Shown here: piece by piece, positions 11,933-25,860 of the stretch
Position numbering within the stretch: the stretch's first letter is position 1
How the letters are laid out: each line of letters starts with the position of its first letter
Source: Octopus sinensis
Lineage: Eukaryota
Direction of reading: 5' to 3'
Length of the DNA stretch: 48,740 nucleotides
NCBI RefSeq assembly: GCF_006345805.1
Contig: NW_021834853.1
Span: 1 to 48,740 of the forward strand
Translations under genes and position numbers: made by a program
The notes under the pieces: model-generated
Seen by the model: the letters and a program-made list of their open reading frames with translations, nothing else
Told to the model about the DNA's origin: nothing
The model's database searches: none

Positions 11933-12138
11933 GGTCAGTAGGCTTGCAAGAAATAACTCCTATATCCCATGTCATCCTCAAAGAAAAAGTAACGAAATCC
12001 TCCCGCCTTAATTGAAGAGCTAAGTGTGTGTATTGGTCAGTGGGCTTGCAAGAAATAACTCCTATATCCCATATCATCCTCAAAGAAAAAGTAACGAACT
12101 CCTTCCGCCTTAATTGAAGAGCAAAGTGTGTGTATTGG
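11933..12138 (+). repeat. 102-bp tandem duplication of a family E fragment
   Basis: Units 11933-12034 and 12035-12136, about 5 substitutions apart. Confidence 0.93.
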
Positions 12139-12722
12139 ATTATATAATATTAAACACACACTGTATGAAAAATAAAGAGAAGAAAAGAAAGAAATTATGG
12201 TCGAAATTTTTCAAATGATTTTCAAGGCTAACCTTGGGGATAAAAACGCTAAGCCCCTCAGATTCCCGCTGATGACTTCTTCCTGTTATCAAGCTCCTCC
12301 TCCCCCCCACACACACACTCGCATCATTTATCAATATATATGTATATCTGTTTTCACCTGTTTCCTTAAAAATACTATACACATACACACAATAATTAAG
12401 AATTATTGAGATCCAATATGGCCATGATGCAGACAGTTGTTTAGCCTCAAACAGTGACAAGGCTTGTATAGATAGCTAGCACAAAGTACATGATAATACA
12501 CCAATAAATTTCATTGATCAATGCATCCTATACACTTCGTCCCACATCGAATTGGATAGAAATTCCAACAAGATGACCGCCTCAATACAACTTTAGTGTA
12601 TAGCAGCAAAAATTGTTAATTATGCGATAATAAATCCGTGGGTGAGGGAGATGGAGTGGGTAGTTACGCACTACACATGTTTCAAAGGATTCGCCGAATG
12701 GATATTACGTAACTGCATATAT

Positions 12723-12757
<35 letters not shown>

Positions 12758-13841
12758 TTTTTTGTTGTTGTCTGTGCAGTATATATTACATTGGCACCAA
12801 CCACGGCAAATAGCAATGACTGAGATAAACAAATGAAAGAAACAACTGAAATATTTGTTGCAGTGTTGGTAACTGTGTGTGTGTGTGTGGGGGGGGACAA
12901 ACAAACAATAAACAATATATGTAATCAAAACAAAAATCACATTTCCCATTCCGAAAAGAAAAAAAGGGATAAAAAAAAAAGAAAAGAAACATTAGAGATT
13001 ATTCTTCCATCAAGCACATTCTATCATTTACACTGCTTCACAACTGGAACATGAAAAACATGAAAATAACGGCAATAATATTGGACAGTAAATAAGCTCT
13101 TTCTGTCTGTCTCCCCCCTTCCCTACATATCCTTCTTTCCCCTAATCCTCTCTCCTCATTCCCTAATCTCATTTCACTCTCTCCACTCGCACCATTCCTT
13201 CCTGTCTTTCTTTCGTTTATTCCCCCTTTCTTATTCCTTAATTTCGTCTCTCCCGCTCCCTAATCTCACCCCCCTCTCTCTCTCTCTATCCGTTTCTTTT
13301 TCTGTTCCTAACCATCTTTTTCTCCCTCACCTCGCCTCGTTCCGTTCCTACCTACCTATCTTTCTGCGTTCCTACACACTCACACACTCTCTCTCTCCTT
13401 TATCTAGTCTTTCACTCTCTTTCCCTAAATCTCACTCTCCCCCTCTCTCTCTCCCTCATCTCATTCCTACCTATATTTCTTTCCTTAATCCACCACCCCC
13501 TCATCTCACTCTCTCGCAGCAGCTCACTGCTCAAACCGCGCATGGCAAGAATTTCGCCGTTGGAAGATAAGAAATAAATTCACTTTGAAAAAAAACCCCA
13601 ACAACCAACAAATAATTGTAAGAACAATCAGCATATTGGCTACATAAACTGTGTATATATGTACACCCATAACCCATACTCAAAAATACATACTTAATGC
13701 ATACACCCACACACACACATATACACACATAAACGTACGTACATTTGTATACGTATCTTTATACATGTATACGCATACGCTTATACTCAACCTACTTACG
13801 CACAAAGGCATACCGATATACATACATACGCATGCATACCT

Positions 13842-14475
13842 ACACAAAAACACAGACACCTACGCATATATATACATACACATATACATATATACATACA
13901 CAAAAACACAGACACATGTGCATATATACACACACACATATACATATATACATACACAAAAACACAGACACATACGCATATATACACACACACACATATA
14001 CATATATACATACACAAAAACACAGACACATGTGCATATATACACACACACATATACATATATACATACACAAAAATACAGACACATACGCATATATATA
14101 CACACACACATATACATATATACATACACAAAAATACAGATACAAACGCATATATACACACACACACATATACATATATACATACACAAAAACACAGACA
14201 CCTACGCATATATATACACACACATATACATATATACATACACAAAAACACAGACACCTACGCATATATATACACACACACACATATACATATATACATA
14301 CACAAAAACACAGACACATAAGCATATATACACACACACACATATACATATATACATACACAAAAATACAGACACATACGCATATATATACACACACACA
14401 TATACATATATACATACACAAAACACAGACACATGTGCATATATACACACAAACACATATACATATATACATACA
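13842..14475. repeat. 56-60-bp minisatellite, about 11 units
   Basis: The anchor acacaaaa recurs at 13842, 13898, 13954, 14012, 14068, 14126, 14184, 14240, 14300, 14358 and 14416. Confidence 0.95.
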
Positions 14476-14543
14476 CATTATTAGGCATATAGGTGTATGA
14501 ATACATACACATGAATACATACGCACATTTATATCCATACGGC

Positions 14544-14574
<31 letters not shown>

Positions 14575-15123
14575 TGTGGGATTTCTTTTTTTTATCCTCA
14601 TGCTTTTTTAGTTCTCAATTGTTCCCTTTATTTCTTTCTCCCCTATTTTTCAACTCTGCCCATTTCCAAACCCCCCCTCCCCCACCCCCCACCCCCGTAC
14701 TTCATGTCCCCTCTTTCTAGGATTATTAATCTTCTCTTTTAATTACTATTTAAGTTAGCCGTACTTGCAGATAATTTACCACCTGTGTATGTATACGCTT
14801 GTATTAGCGGTGGCTGTTAGATTATCTGTGTGTTTTTCGTGTGTTTGGATGAGAGAGAGAGAGAAACAGAGAGAGATTGATATTTAAGGCGAAAGTGCCA
14901 AGTTGATGTAGTATCGATTTATATATTACTCCATAAACACCCATATACAGCGTGTAGATATTCTTACCACACACACTGGTGTATAAACATAATGTAATGC
15001 CTTTTGCTGTGCAATATTTGCAGCAATTATGACCACGCACTTCCCATAATAATAATAGCAAGCCCAGGCCCACCACCATAAGTTTGTCTTCTGTTCAAGA
15101 TTTGGTTGTGGTTTTCTTTCTGC

Positions 15124-15160
<37 letters not shown>

Positions 15161-15183
15161 CTGCTAGTTTTCCCACGCACTTT

Positions 15184-15479
15184 CATATACATATATACAT
15201 ATATACACATATATTATACATACATATATACATACATATATATATACATCACATATATATATAATTATATATATATATATAGATATATATAATATATATA
15301 TACATATACATACAATATATATATATATATATACATATATATACATATAATATATATATATACATATATTACAATAACTATATACATATATATACACATA
15401 CATAATATATATATATTATATATGTTAACATACATACATATATATATATATTATTATATATATATATACATAAGCATAC

Positions 15480-15510
<31 letters not shown>

Positions 15511-15530
15511 ATATATATATTATATATTTC
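15184..15530. repeat. (TA)n-rich microsatellite
   Basis: Directly visible. Confidence 0.95.
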
Positions 15531-15869
15531 GTGAGAGAGAGAGAGAGAGAGTCTGTGTGTTGGTGGTCTTTGCCAGCTGTAGTTTCTGCCTCTGCTCTCC
15601 GCACGTTCTCTCCCCTGCTCTTGGTTCATAATGGTGTCTCTCCTCATATGTTTTTCTTTTTTCTTTCTTGCCTTTAATGGACTTTGCCAAATTAATGTAT
15701 GTATGGTGGCAGCAACAATCTTCTTCTTCTCCTCCTCCACCTCCTTATCTCCCCTTCTCCTTCCTCTTCTTCTGCACCTTCATCTCTCTCCTTCCCTCCC
15801 CCAGGACAGTAATTTTTCTGGGTGAGTTTTTGTGTCTGTTTTGTTTTTTTTTTTCTTTGCTGCTGTTGT

Positions 15870-15900
15870 GATATATATATATATATATATATATATACAC

Positions 15901-15977
<77 letters not shown>

Positions 15978-16147
15978 CACACATACACACACATATATAT
16001 ATACACACACACATATATATATATACACACACACACATGTATATACACACACACATGTATATACACCACACATGTATACACACACACACACACAACATAT
16101 ATATATATATACACACACACACATGTGTATATACGCACACACACACA

Positions 16148-16205
<58 letters not shown>
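15870..16205. repeat. (TA)n/(CA)n compound microsatellite
   Basis: Directly visible. Confidence 0.95.
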
Positions 16206-16901
16206 ATTACATTTCATACTTCACTGTTCTGTTGGAATTAATCGTCTGACCCCTGCAGGGGGAAAGACAGTAAACTCGTAAACCCCTTTTCGTTCACCTC
16301 TCTCATACCTGCTCGTACAGGACACTTCGGTTCGGCGTCCCTACTCCCCTTAATCGCATTCCATCTCCCCTACTCTCTCTCTCCCCACATCTCTCTCTCT
16401 CTCTCTCTCTCTCCCTCTCTCTCTCGGTATGTCTCTATCTTTATTACTCTGCCTCCTCATCCTTCTCTTCATTGCGCTCTTGTTTACTTTCTCTCTTTAT
16501 TGATCTCTGTCTGTCTGTCTCTCTCTCTCTCTAGATTGTTCGATCCCATTTTATTGCCTATCTCTTACTCTTTGTTTCTCTCTTTCTCTCTCTCTCTCTC
16601 TCTGTATTGCTGTAATATATTTGTATTGTTTCTCTTTTTCTTGCCCTATATATATCTCTGGTTTCCTTCTTGATATCTCTCTTATTCTTCTTCCCCGCCC
16701 TGTGCCTCCCCCCCACTAATCTATACATGCATTACAAAATTCTTAATAATAATATCCCTCGCCCATATTTTGAGAAAATATGCGTTCTGAAGTTTGACGA
16801 TTCCGTTCTCTCGGTGGTCTTCGATCGAATCTGAGACACGATCATATATGCAACTGTGACCATTTACACATCTGCACGCACACAGACACACACACACACG
16901 C

Positions 16902-17615
16902 ACATCTGTGCGCTCACATGCACGCACATGCATACGCGCATCTGTGCTCGCAAATACGCACACATATGCGTTCACACACATACACATCTATACACATACA
17001 CACACATCTGTGCGCTCACATGCACGCACATGCACACGCGCATCTGTGCTCGCAAATACGCAACACACACACACACACAGACACACACACACATACACAC
17101 ACATCTGTGCGCTCACATGCACGCACACATCTGTGTACGCACACGCGCATCTGTGCTCGCACATACGGACACATATGCGCTCACACACATACACATCTAT
17201 ACACATACAAACACGTGTGCACGCATACACACACATCTGTGCGCTCACATGCACGTACACATCTGTGTACGCAGTCGCGCATCTGTGCTCGCACATACGC
17301 ACACATATGCGCTCACACACATACACATCTATACACATACAAACACGTGTGCACGCATACACACACATCTGTGCGCTCACATGCACGTACACATCTGTGT
17401 ACGCACACGCGCATCTGTGCTCGCACATACGCACACATATGCGCTCACACACATACACATCTATACACATACAAACACGTGTGCACGCATACACACACAT
17501 CTGTGCGCTCACATGCACGTACACATCTGTGTACGCACACGCGCATCTGTGCTCGCACATACGCACACATGCGTTCACACACATACACATCTATAAAAAC
17601 ATACAAACACGTGTG

Positions 17616-17628
<13 letters not shown>
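16902..17628. repeat. 132-bp CpG-containing purine/pyrimidine-alternating minisatellite (4 units plus 2 shorter units)
   Basis: The anchor acatctgtgcgctcacatgc occurs at 16902, 17004, 17101, 17233, 17365 and 17497. Confidence 0.95.
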
Positions 17629-17648
<20 letters not shown>

Positions 17649-18157
17649 GTGTGTGTGCGTACAATCATACACACACTCGTTCGCGCGCTTTCATGTTCGC
17701 AGTACATTCTTTCGCAATCAATACACACTACATTGAAATGATATGAGCATACCATCAACACTACCACCACCAACAACAACAACAACAGCAACAACACAAC
17801 CCACCACGCCACCACTGACACTACCAGCAACACCACCACATATATACACTTACACACATTAGCACATGCATACGTACACACACACACGCACATACACACA
17901 CACACACCATTACACAAACACACACACACACCATTACACAAGCATACACACACACAAACGTCGATACACCAACACGCAAACCAACTTTACCTAACACCAC
18001 TTCACGACGAAGACGACGGCGGAAAAACGCATTATCGTATACCGAAACCGAAAGGCAAGCGCCCCAACACCAACAACACCAACACGCCACTGCGCATCAT
18101 CAACACACTAACACCAACAAATCAACACCATCACACACACACACACACACACGCACA

Positions 18158-18196
<39 letters not shown>

Positions 18197-18853
18197 ACGT
18201 ACGCACGCACATCTCTCTTCCTCACAGCTTCTAATAAGTCCTAAACGCTACAGAGATTAACTTAATACCGCACAAAAGAACCAAACAAGAGGAATCAAAG
18301 CTGGTTTCTCTCCCTATCTGTCTCTCTTGAGGGTTCATACTTTGGAAGGGTTTTAGCGCGTAATTGAGGGCTTTGCAGCATGGAATCCCAATGAACTCGC
18401 TTGTTTTTCCCCGGCACACTCCTTTTCTACCTCACAACAGCTTTCATTCTCATCCAAGAGGTTTTTATGTATTTGTTTTATTTGGTTATTTGTTTGTCTG
18501 CCAGAAGGTGATTCCGACGGAACATAACCGGCTTTAATTGTATCGCATACTCTCAAACACATGTATGCATCCCCTTATCTAAATCATTCCACATGCGAAT
18601 ACATGCTTGCGCGACCGTGTATGTGTGTGTGTGTCTACGTTTTCTGTGATAAACTGGACAAAGATTTTAGTAAATCAGGGCTGAGTCTAAGCAATCACAC
18701 GTGCGCACGTACGCGAACATTTTCGCTCATGAAGATTGCAGATTTACACAGGAGCACATGCGTGCACACACACCATACACACACATGCATCCATGCGCAT
18801 ACACATACACATCTATATTCATACACACACATTATATATACATACAAACATAT

Positions 18854-19213
18854 ACTCTTTACTCTTTTATTTGTTTCAGTCATTTGACTGTGGCCATGCT
18901 GGAGCACCACCTTTTTAGTCGAGCAAATCGACCCCAGGAATTATTCTTTGTAAGCCTAGTACTTATTCTATCGATCTCTTTTGCCAAACCGCTAAGTTAC
19001 GGGGACGTAAACACACCAGCATCGGTTGTCAAGCAAATGCTAGGTGGACAAACACAGACTCACAAACATATACACATACATATATATGCGACGGGCTTCT
19101 TTGAGTTTCCATCTACCAAATCCACTCACAAGGCTTTGGTCGGCCCGAGGCTATAGTAGAAGACACTTGCCCAAGGTGCCACGCAGTGGGACTGAACCCG
19201 GAACCATGTGGTT
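18854..19213 (-). mobile_element. SINE family B, 5'-truncated
   Basis: Reverse of the tail (gtttcagtcatttgactgtggccatgctggagcacc) through cacttgcccaaggtgccacgcagtgggactgaacc. Confidence 0.92.
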
Positions 19214-19486
19214 CGTATATATATATATATTTGTATTTATGCTTTATTTAAAAGCAGCAGAAATTTAACAAAATCTGTCACTCGGAGTTTCACGTTCCCG
19301 TTCGTCGGACAGTTTTGTTAAAATGGAACCGAGATGACAATTCGATCCAAACTATATTTTATATATGTGTGTATATACATAAATATATATTTATATATTT
19401 ATGTATATACACACACATACATTAAGGTAGTGCTTCATGATGGCTGCAGTCAAATGACTGAAACAAGTAAGAGTTGTATATATATA

Positions 19487-19894
19487 CTAGCAGTATCGCC
19501 CGGCGTTGCTCGGGTTTGTAAGGGAAATAACTATATAAGCATTTTTAGAGATGTAAAGTATAATAGCCATCTCAATATGGCTGACCACAAAGGGGGGGGG
19601 TTACTGTAGCTTTTTACGGTCTGAGATTCAATAATAAATTTTAAGAGAGTTACTTCCCTTATATATGCCAAAAATGCATTAAAAATGGGAAAAAATGATG
19701 GTAAATTTTTTTTTAATCGTAGACTCATCGTAGACGCGCGCTAATACCCAGAAGGGCTCGATATGAATCACGACTATAAGATACCCGGTTTTGGTTAAAC
19801 TGCACCGCAAAATGTGGGAGTAGTTAGGAATCTAAATCGTAGGAGACAGACAGCACACAACCTTACTTTTATATATATATATATATATATATAT
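19487..19894 (-). mobile_element. Non-autonomous Helitron
   Basis: On the minus strand the element ends CTAG|T (19487-19490), with a GC hairpin cccgagcaacgccggg about 8 nt upstream. It sits in TA repeats. The expected 5' TC is not visible (lost in the (TA)n tract). Confidence 0.7.
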
Positions 19895-20688
19895 AACACA
19901 CATATACACACTCACACGTAATACGCTCACACATACATATACTTATACCCTCCATCTCTCCGACGCAAATGTTTACGGCATACACACACTCACACTCTAT
20001 CCTTCTCGTCTCGCTCTCTCTCTCCCTTCTCTCTCTTTCTCTATTCTTCTCCCTCTCAATTGTTTTTGTTTTTGTGTTATTTTCTATTGTAATCCATTGA
20101 AATTCTTCTCTCTCTTGCTGGTCGGTTCATTTGTTATTATTACAAATGGTTTGTTCAACGTTTGTTTCACTTTTTTTTTTTTACGTTACTTAACGCTTCA
20201 GGATTGATGAGTCTGATCGCTTTTACTTGCTTGCCAGTTCTCTCTCTCTCTCTTTCTAGATATCGCAAGAGCTATATAGTTTGTCTTTGGTGGATTGGAT
20301 AACTGGTTGCTTGACTGCGTGACTGTGTATTTAAGTGGATGAGCGAGTTTGATTGATGTTTCATGCTGTAAACTTCGTTTAAAAAAACGTAAATCGGGAG
20401 AAAAAATACTGAAATTATTTGTCGTTAGGAAAATACCTCTAACATGACATGACTTAAGGGACTCTCACTCTAGCTAAAACCTGCAGAAACAAAATAAAAA
20501 TAACGAACAGAATTTATGGCAGAAAGTAAGAAGAGTGCTTCAAAGAATACAGAACAATAACAACAATGGCAACGATGAACAAACGGCATCACTGAAAGGC
20601 AACTCAAGAAAAGAAGATATGAAATTTTAAAATGGTTTCTACGGGATTAGAATAAATTACAAAATAAAAAATATATATAATATTATAT

Positions 20689-20893
20689 GTAGCTGTGTGG
20701 TAAGAAACTTGCTTTCCAACCTCGTGGTTCCGAGCTTAGTTCCAGTGCGTGGCACCTTGGCGGCTCGGCCAAGGAGACCGATAGAGTAAGTAGGCTTACA
20801 AAAAATGAGTACTCGGGTTGATTTCTTCGACTAAAACCCTTTAAGGCAGTGCTCCTGCATGGCCGCTATCAAATGACCGAAACAAGTAAAAGA
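20689..20893 (+). mobile_element. SINE family B internal-deletion derivative
   Basis: The head up to ggcaccttgg joins directly to cggctcggc.. of the tail; the middle and the microsatellite are missing. Confidence 0.8.
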
Positions 20894-21002
20894 ATATATA
20901 TATAATATATAATATGAATTAGAGATAAAACCACTATTAGGCAACTCAAACAGTGATAGACATAAACCAAAATATAAATAACAAATAATATAAACATAAT
21001 TA

Positions 21003-21034
<32 letters not shown>

Positions 21035-21423
21035 GGCGCAGGAGTGGATGTGTGGTAAGTAGCTTGCTTACTAACCACATGGTTCCGGTTTCCGTTCCAC
21101 TGTGTGACACCTTGGGCAAGTGTCTTCTACTATAGCCTCGAGCCGACCAAAGTCTTGTGAGTGGATTTGGTAGATGGAAACTGAAAGAAGCCCGTCGTAT
21201 ATATGTATATATGTGTGTGTGTTTGTGTGTCTGTGTTTGTCTCCCTAGCATTGCTTGACAACCGATGCAGGTGTGTTTACGTCCCGAACTTAGCGGTTCG
21301 GCAAAAGAGACCGATAGAATAAGTACTTGGCTTACAAAGAATAAGTCCTGGGGTCGATTTGCTCGACTGAAGGCGGTGCTCCAGCATGGCCTCAGTCAAA
21401 TGACTGAAACAAGTAAAAGAGTA

Positions 21424-21428
<5 letters not shown>
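21035..21428 (+). mobile_element. SINE family B, full length, inserted in (TA)n
   Basis: ggcgcaggagtgg..gtggtaag..ccttgggcaagtgtctt..aaggcggtgctccagcatgg..gaaacaagtaaaagagtaaaag. Confidence 0.93.
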
Positions 21429-21477
<49 letters not shown>

Positions 21478-21894
21478 GTCTCTAGTCCTTTTTAGGTTGG
21501 CACTGGAGGGGGGGTGCAGTTTATATCCTGCTCCTGTTTGCATTACTAATTCATACTTAATAGGGATTTTCTCGTTAAGGGTTTGTGTCTTTCGAACCAA
21601 TCTCCAAAAGAAGGGAGCATGCGTACGGCGCACACACAACAGTGGAAGTAACATGCGCGCGCACACGTCACGCAGTTTTGATGAAATGGTGGAGTCACTC
21701 TGAAAATAAATAAATAGAATAAAACTGTCTCTGCCATCAATCAACTAAGCGAGAGAGAAGAAGAGAGGGTCTGATGGGTTTACCCCCTCTAATCCCATTT
21801 ATTCACATGCTGCACTCTATTTTGTGTTCGGTCTTTTTGTTGTTTTGTTGGCGTAATTCTTTACTTTTCCCATTCGCAAAATCCCCTTGCTCCT

Positions 21895-22352
21895 CCTACT
21901 ACTACTACGACTACAACAACTATAGCTGTCACTGCCACCACCACTACAACCACAACCACAATAACTACTACAACAAATGCCACCACCACCATCACTACAA
22001 CTACAACCACCACCACCACAACCACAATAACTACTACAACAAATACCACCACCATCACTACAACTACAACCACCACCACTAATATCACTACTACCACCAC
22101 CACCACAACCACAATAACTACTACAACAAATACCACCACCATCACTACAACTACAACCACCACCACTAATATCACTACTACCACCACCACCACAACCACA
22201 ATAACTACTACAAGAAATACCACCACCATCACTACAACTAAAACTACAACCACTAATATCACTACCACCACCACCACCACCACTACTACTACCACCACCA
22301 CTGCTACAATCACCAGTACCATCACTACTACTTCTACTATACTACTACTACT
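21895..22352. repeat. Triplet-based (ACC/ACT/AAC) array with an 87-bp higher-order unit
   Basis: aatatc at 22081, 22168 and 22255; ataactac at 21961, 22027, 22114 and 22201. Confidence 0.9.
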
Positions 22353-24308
22353 AGCCAATGAGAGGGCATTCGTGTGGCGATTGAAACTCCTAGAAATACC
22401 AGCCATGTTCACTCAAGTTCAGTCTTACGGCCTTATATGAGGTGGGGATACAATGAACAGCGTAGTCTTACGCCGGAAAGAGACGGGATGGCTATGGCTG
22501 GAATGTACTGAAAGACAGGTCTTGCTAGATTAGATCTGATCTGGGACAAACCGAGGCTAACACTATCACCACAACGCCAACACGACCGTCAACACTAGAA
22601 GCACAACGTCACGACCAGCAGTACCACTACTATACCGCTACCACCACCACCACAAACGCTATTTACCCCAACAACACTACCGCCAAAGCCACCACCAACA
22701 CTACCGCAAACACTATCGCCAACACCACCAACAACACTACCGCCAACGCCATCACCAACACTATCGCCAACGCCACCACCAACTCTACCGCAAACACTAT
22801 CACCAACACTACCGCAAACACTATCACCAATGCCACCGCCAACCCTACAGCCAGCGTCACCTCCGACTCCACCACGAACATCCAACTACATTCTGCTGCG
22901 TAACGAGTGACACTCCCAACGTTATTTTCTTTACACACCTTTCACCCGCAGCTCCCTTTTTATTTATTTATTTATTTATTTATTTGTTTGTTTGTTTCAG
23001 CCCTTTCAACCAATTTATTTAGTCGTTATCATTAACCCTAGGTGGTAATTCTCTCTATTGGGGACTTATTATTATTATTGTTGTTTATGCTGTTGTTTTT
23101 CGCCTTCTTTTCAGTCGATGAAAAACTCCCTACTGTTTTGTATTTCGTCATTGGGACATCTTGGAATCTTGTAGCTAATAAAATTATTGTTGTTCTTCTT
23201 GTTGGTGATAATAGTAGTGGTGATGCTGCTGCTGGTGCAGCCGCTGCTGTTGTTTATTTCGCCCCCTTTTTTACTCGATGTTAAATTCTCCATAGATTTT
23301 TTTTATTGTTATTTTTCGTATTTCATTCTTGTACCGCTCCCGAATGTTTTTGCAAGGGAATGGGGGAACTTTTATAGGATTGGTCTCTGTCAGAGATGAG
23401 TAAAACGGAAGAGATAGGGGAAGAAACCCTTCTCACCAAAACGCGTGGATTTTTAGCAGCAAGAATCAGCGCCTTAAGATATCAGAATATTCTTCATCTC
23501 AGCGACGCGGTGGTTGCAGCAGAGAAAGAAAGTTAGGCGGTAGCTGTAAAAGTAATGGCAGTCGTGAAAGTGCTGCCGTTTAAAACGGGCGACGAATTAA
23601 GACTGCTACACGGCTGGCATCGCTTTACGTCGCTAGTGTATGCACTCACCTTTATTTAAGATTAAAAAAAGAAGATAATAATAATGATAAAAGAAACGAA
23701 AATAAACGCAGATTCCACATACCTACGTATGAATCAATTATTGATATATTGATGGATTTGTTGGTGACAGTAACCAGCTAAATTGAACACTTTGCTCTAC
23801 CTATGTTGGTGCACTGTGAGATAGTCTCTCTTCCTATACTCCGCCATTAACGTAATCGACTTTACCTTTCATCGCTCTGGGGTAGGATACAATAAGTATT
23901 ATTAAGATAATGGAATTATTTGTTATATACCATATAACCCTTCCACCTTAATACTGCAAAATTGCCTTTCTTCCAAGACCAAAAGAAGCCATTACTGTTT
24001 CGTTTCTTTATCCAATTCACTTCAACACCTTGAGGCCCACTCACGAAACCTGACACCTCTTATTATGTCATGGCTTTCCGTAACTAATGTCTGTCTGTCT
24101 GTTTTTGTTTCAGCCAGATGTTGTTATATATAATCTAACGTCAAACCAAGTCCGTATCATAATATATAGATAAATAAATAAATAGGTGTATTGCTGTTCA
24201 GTGGTTAAGAAGTTCGTTTCGCAAACCTCTTCGTTTTAAGTTCAATATAACTATTGTCCAAGCAGGATCTAAATAAACATAATTACACCCAGTGTTGCTT
24301 CTTTTGTT

Positions 24309-24647
24309 GGATCTTTTCGGTTTGAACGGCAGTTTTTAACATAATTTCTAGGTAACTAATCACTTTTAAACTTCGTATACTCGTAGAATGTGTTTATAAA
24401 ACATCTTTTTCCCTTGGCTTTATTGAGAAAATTCTATAGTTTGTAAGATATTTGTCGTTTTTTTTCTTCAATTTCTGCAATTTCAACCAATCAATTACGT
24501 CCATTGAGGTAAAAAAAAAAAACATTCTGTGCCGTATGAATATGTCCCTCGTTTAAGAAACAGATTGGGTTTATTTATATTTGTGAAGAAAAAAAGATAC
24601 CCTTCCCCCACCCCTAACCCTAACCAACCCTAACTCTAACCCTAAAC
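24309..24647 (-). mobile_element. Second copy of the 5585 MITE, opposite orientation, truncated at a (CCCTAA)n tract
   Basis: Begins ggatcttttcggtttgaacggcagttttt and is colinear with the reverse complement of 5675-5978. The other TIR is absent. Confidence 0.9.
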
Positions 24648-25433
24648 CTGGCAGTGTGAAGCGGCTGACCTCCCTTGTTCGAAGGTTATAATGGATACAG
24701 ATCGTGTATCAATAGCTATCTTAAGGCGGTGGCCTCATGGAGCTGACCAGCGGCAGCGATTATTCTTATATTTATAAGAATGCCATATTAATATGGCGAT
24801 AACAATTAATTTCCAGTAAACGATGTCGTAATCTCTTTTATAGAGACTTAGTAATTTTAATATTTCTATTATATATATATATATATATATTAGTTACAAG
24901 GATTCTTCATCAAGGACGCATCAAAATGTAAGACACCAGAAAATGGCTAGGTACAAAACATATAGACCTCACGGGAAAATAAACGTTGTAGACTTCGAGT
25001 GCTAGCAGGATGCCGTAGAAATGCAAGTACTAAATCCAATTTAAAACCGCGGTTCCGACTTACCAGTGGATCCTTGGGTGGTATAGCTATAAAATAATAA
25101 ACACGTACACCACCTGTACACATATGTAGTGTGTTGAATTCCTGGAAGTCCCTTTCATTGGTTTCTCTTGAATTTTAATTTATTTTGTTCACGGCTGTCA
25201 CAACTGCATTGGATTCCGAACCCTTCTCCGGGCGATTAGCTGCTGTCCCAGAGATTCCATTGTTAGCCCGATCTCAGTGAGTTTTTATTATCTGTCTCCC
25301 CTACGTTGTTTCTCTTTTGATTTCCGCAGCTGGGCATGCTGTGTTTTTACTTAAGGCCCTTTTCCCAAAATACGTAGCTGTTTTCAAATTAGTTTTGACA
25401 CATTCAAGTGTGTGTGTGTGTGTGTGTCTGTGT

Positions 25434-25479
<46 letters not shown>

Positions 25480-25735
25480 AATCGTGTATCAGATAGTTTC
25501 AAGAGCTATAATTATGCCCTTTCTTTCTCTATCTCGCTACTCTCTTTTCCACAAAGACCCAAGGATTCACACACAGCTATATAATTCATGTATATTTATA
25601 CACACGTGCAGGCACACACGCACACATACACACACACAGAGGGTCACTGTACATACATGTATACTCAGATACAAAGTCAAATACACATACAAATATGTGC
25701 GCTTGTGCAGATACAAATACACTTCTACATTATAA

Positions 25736-25780
<45 letters not shown>

Positions 25781-25860
25781 AAAATACATGTTTTAAACGT
25801 GTTGACAAATGGTGAAAGTTAGGGCAAACCAAGGAAGATATGTTGAGGATAGCACATATA

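Noticed and set aside
24612-24647. True or interstitial telomere
   Set aside because: Only about 5 degenerate units, part of a MITE core.
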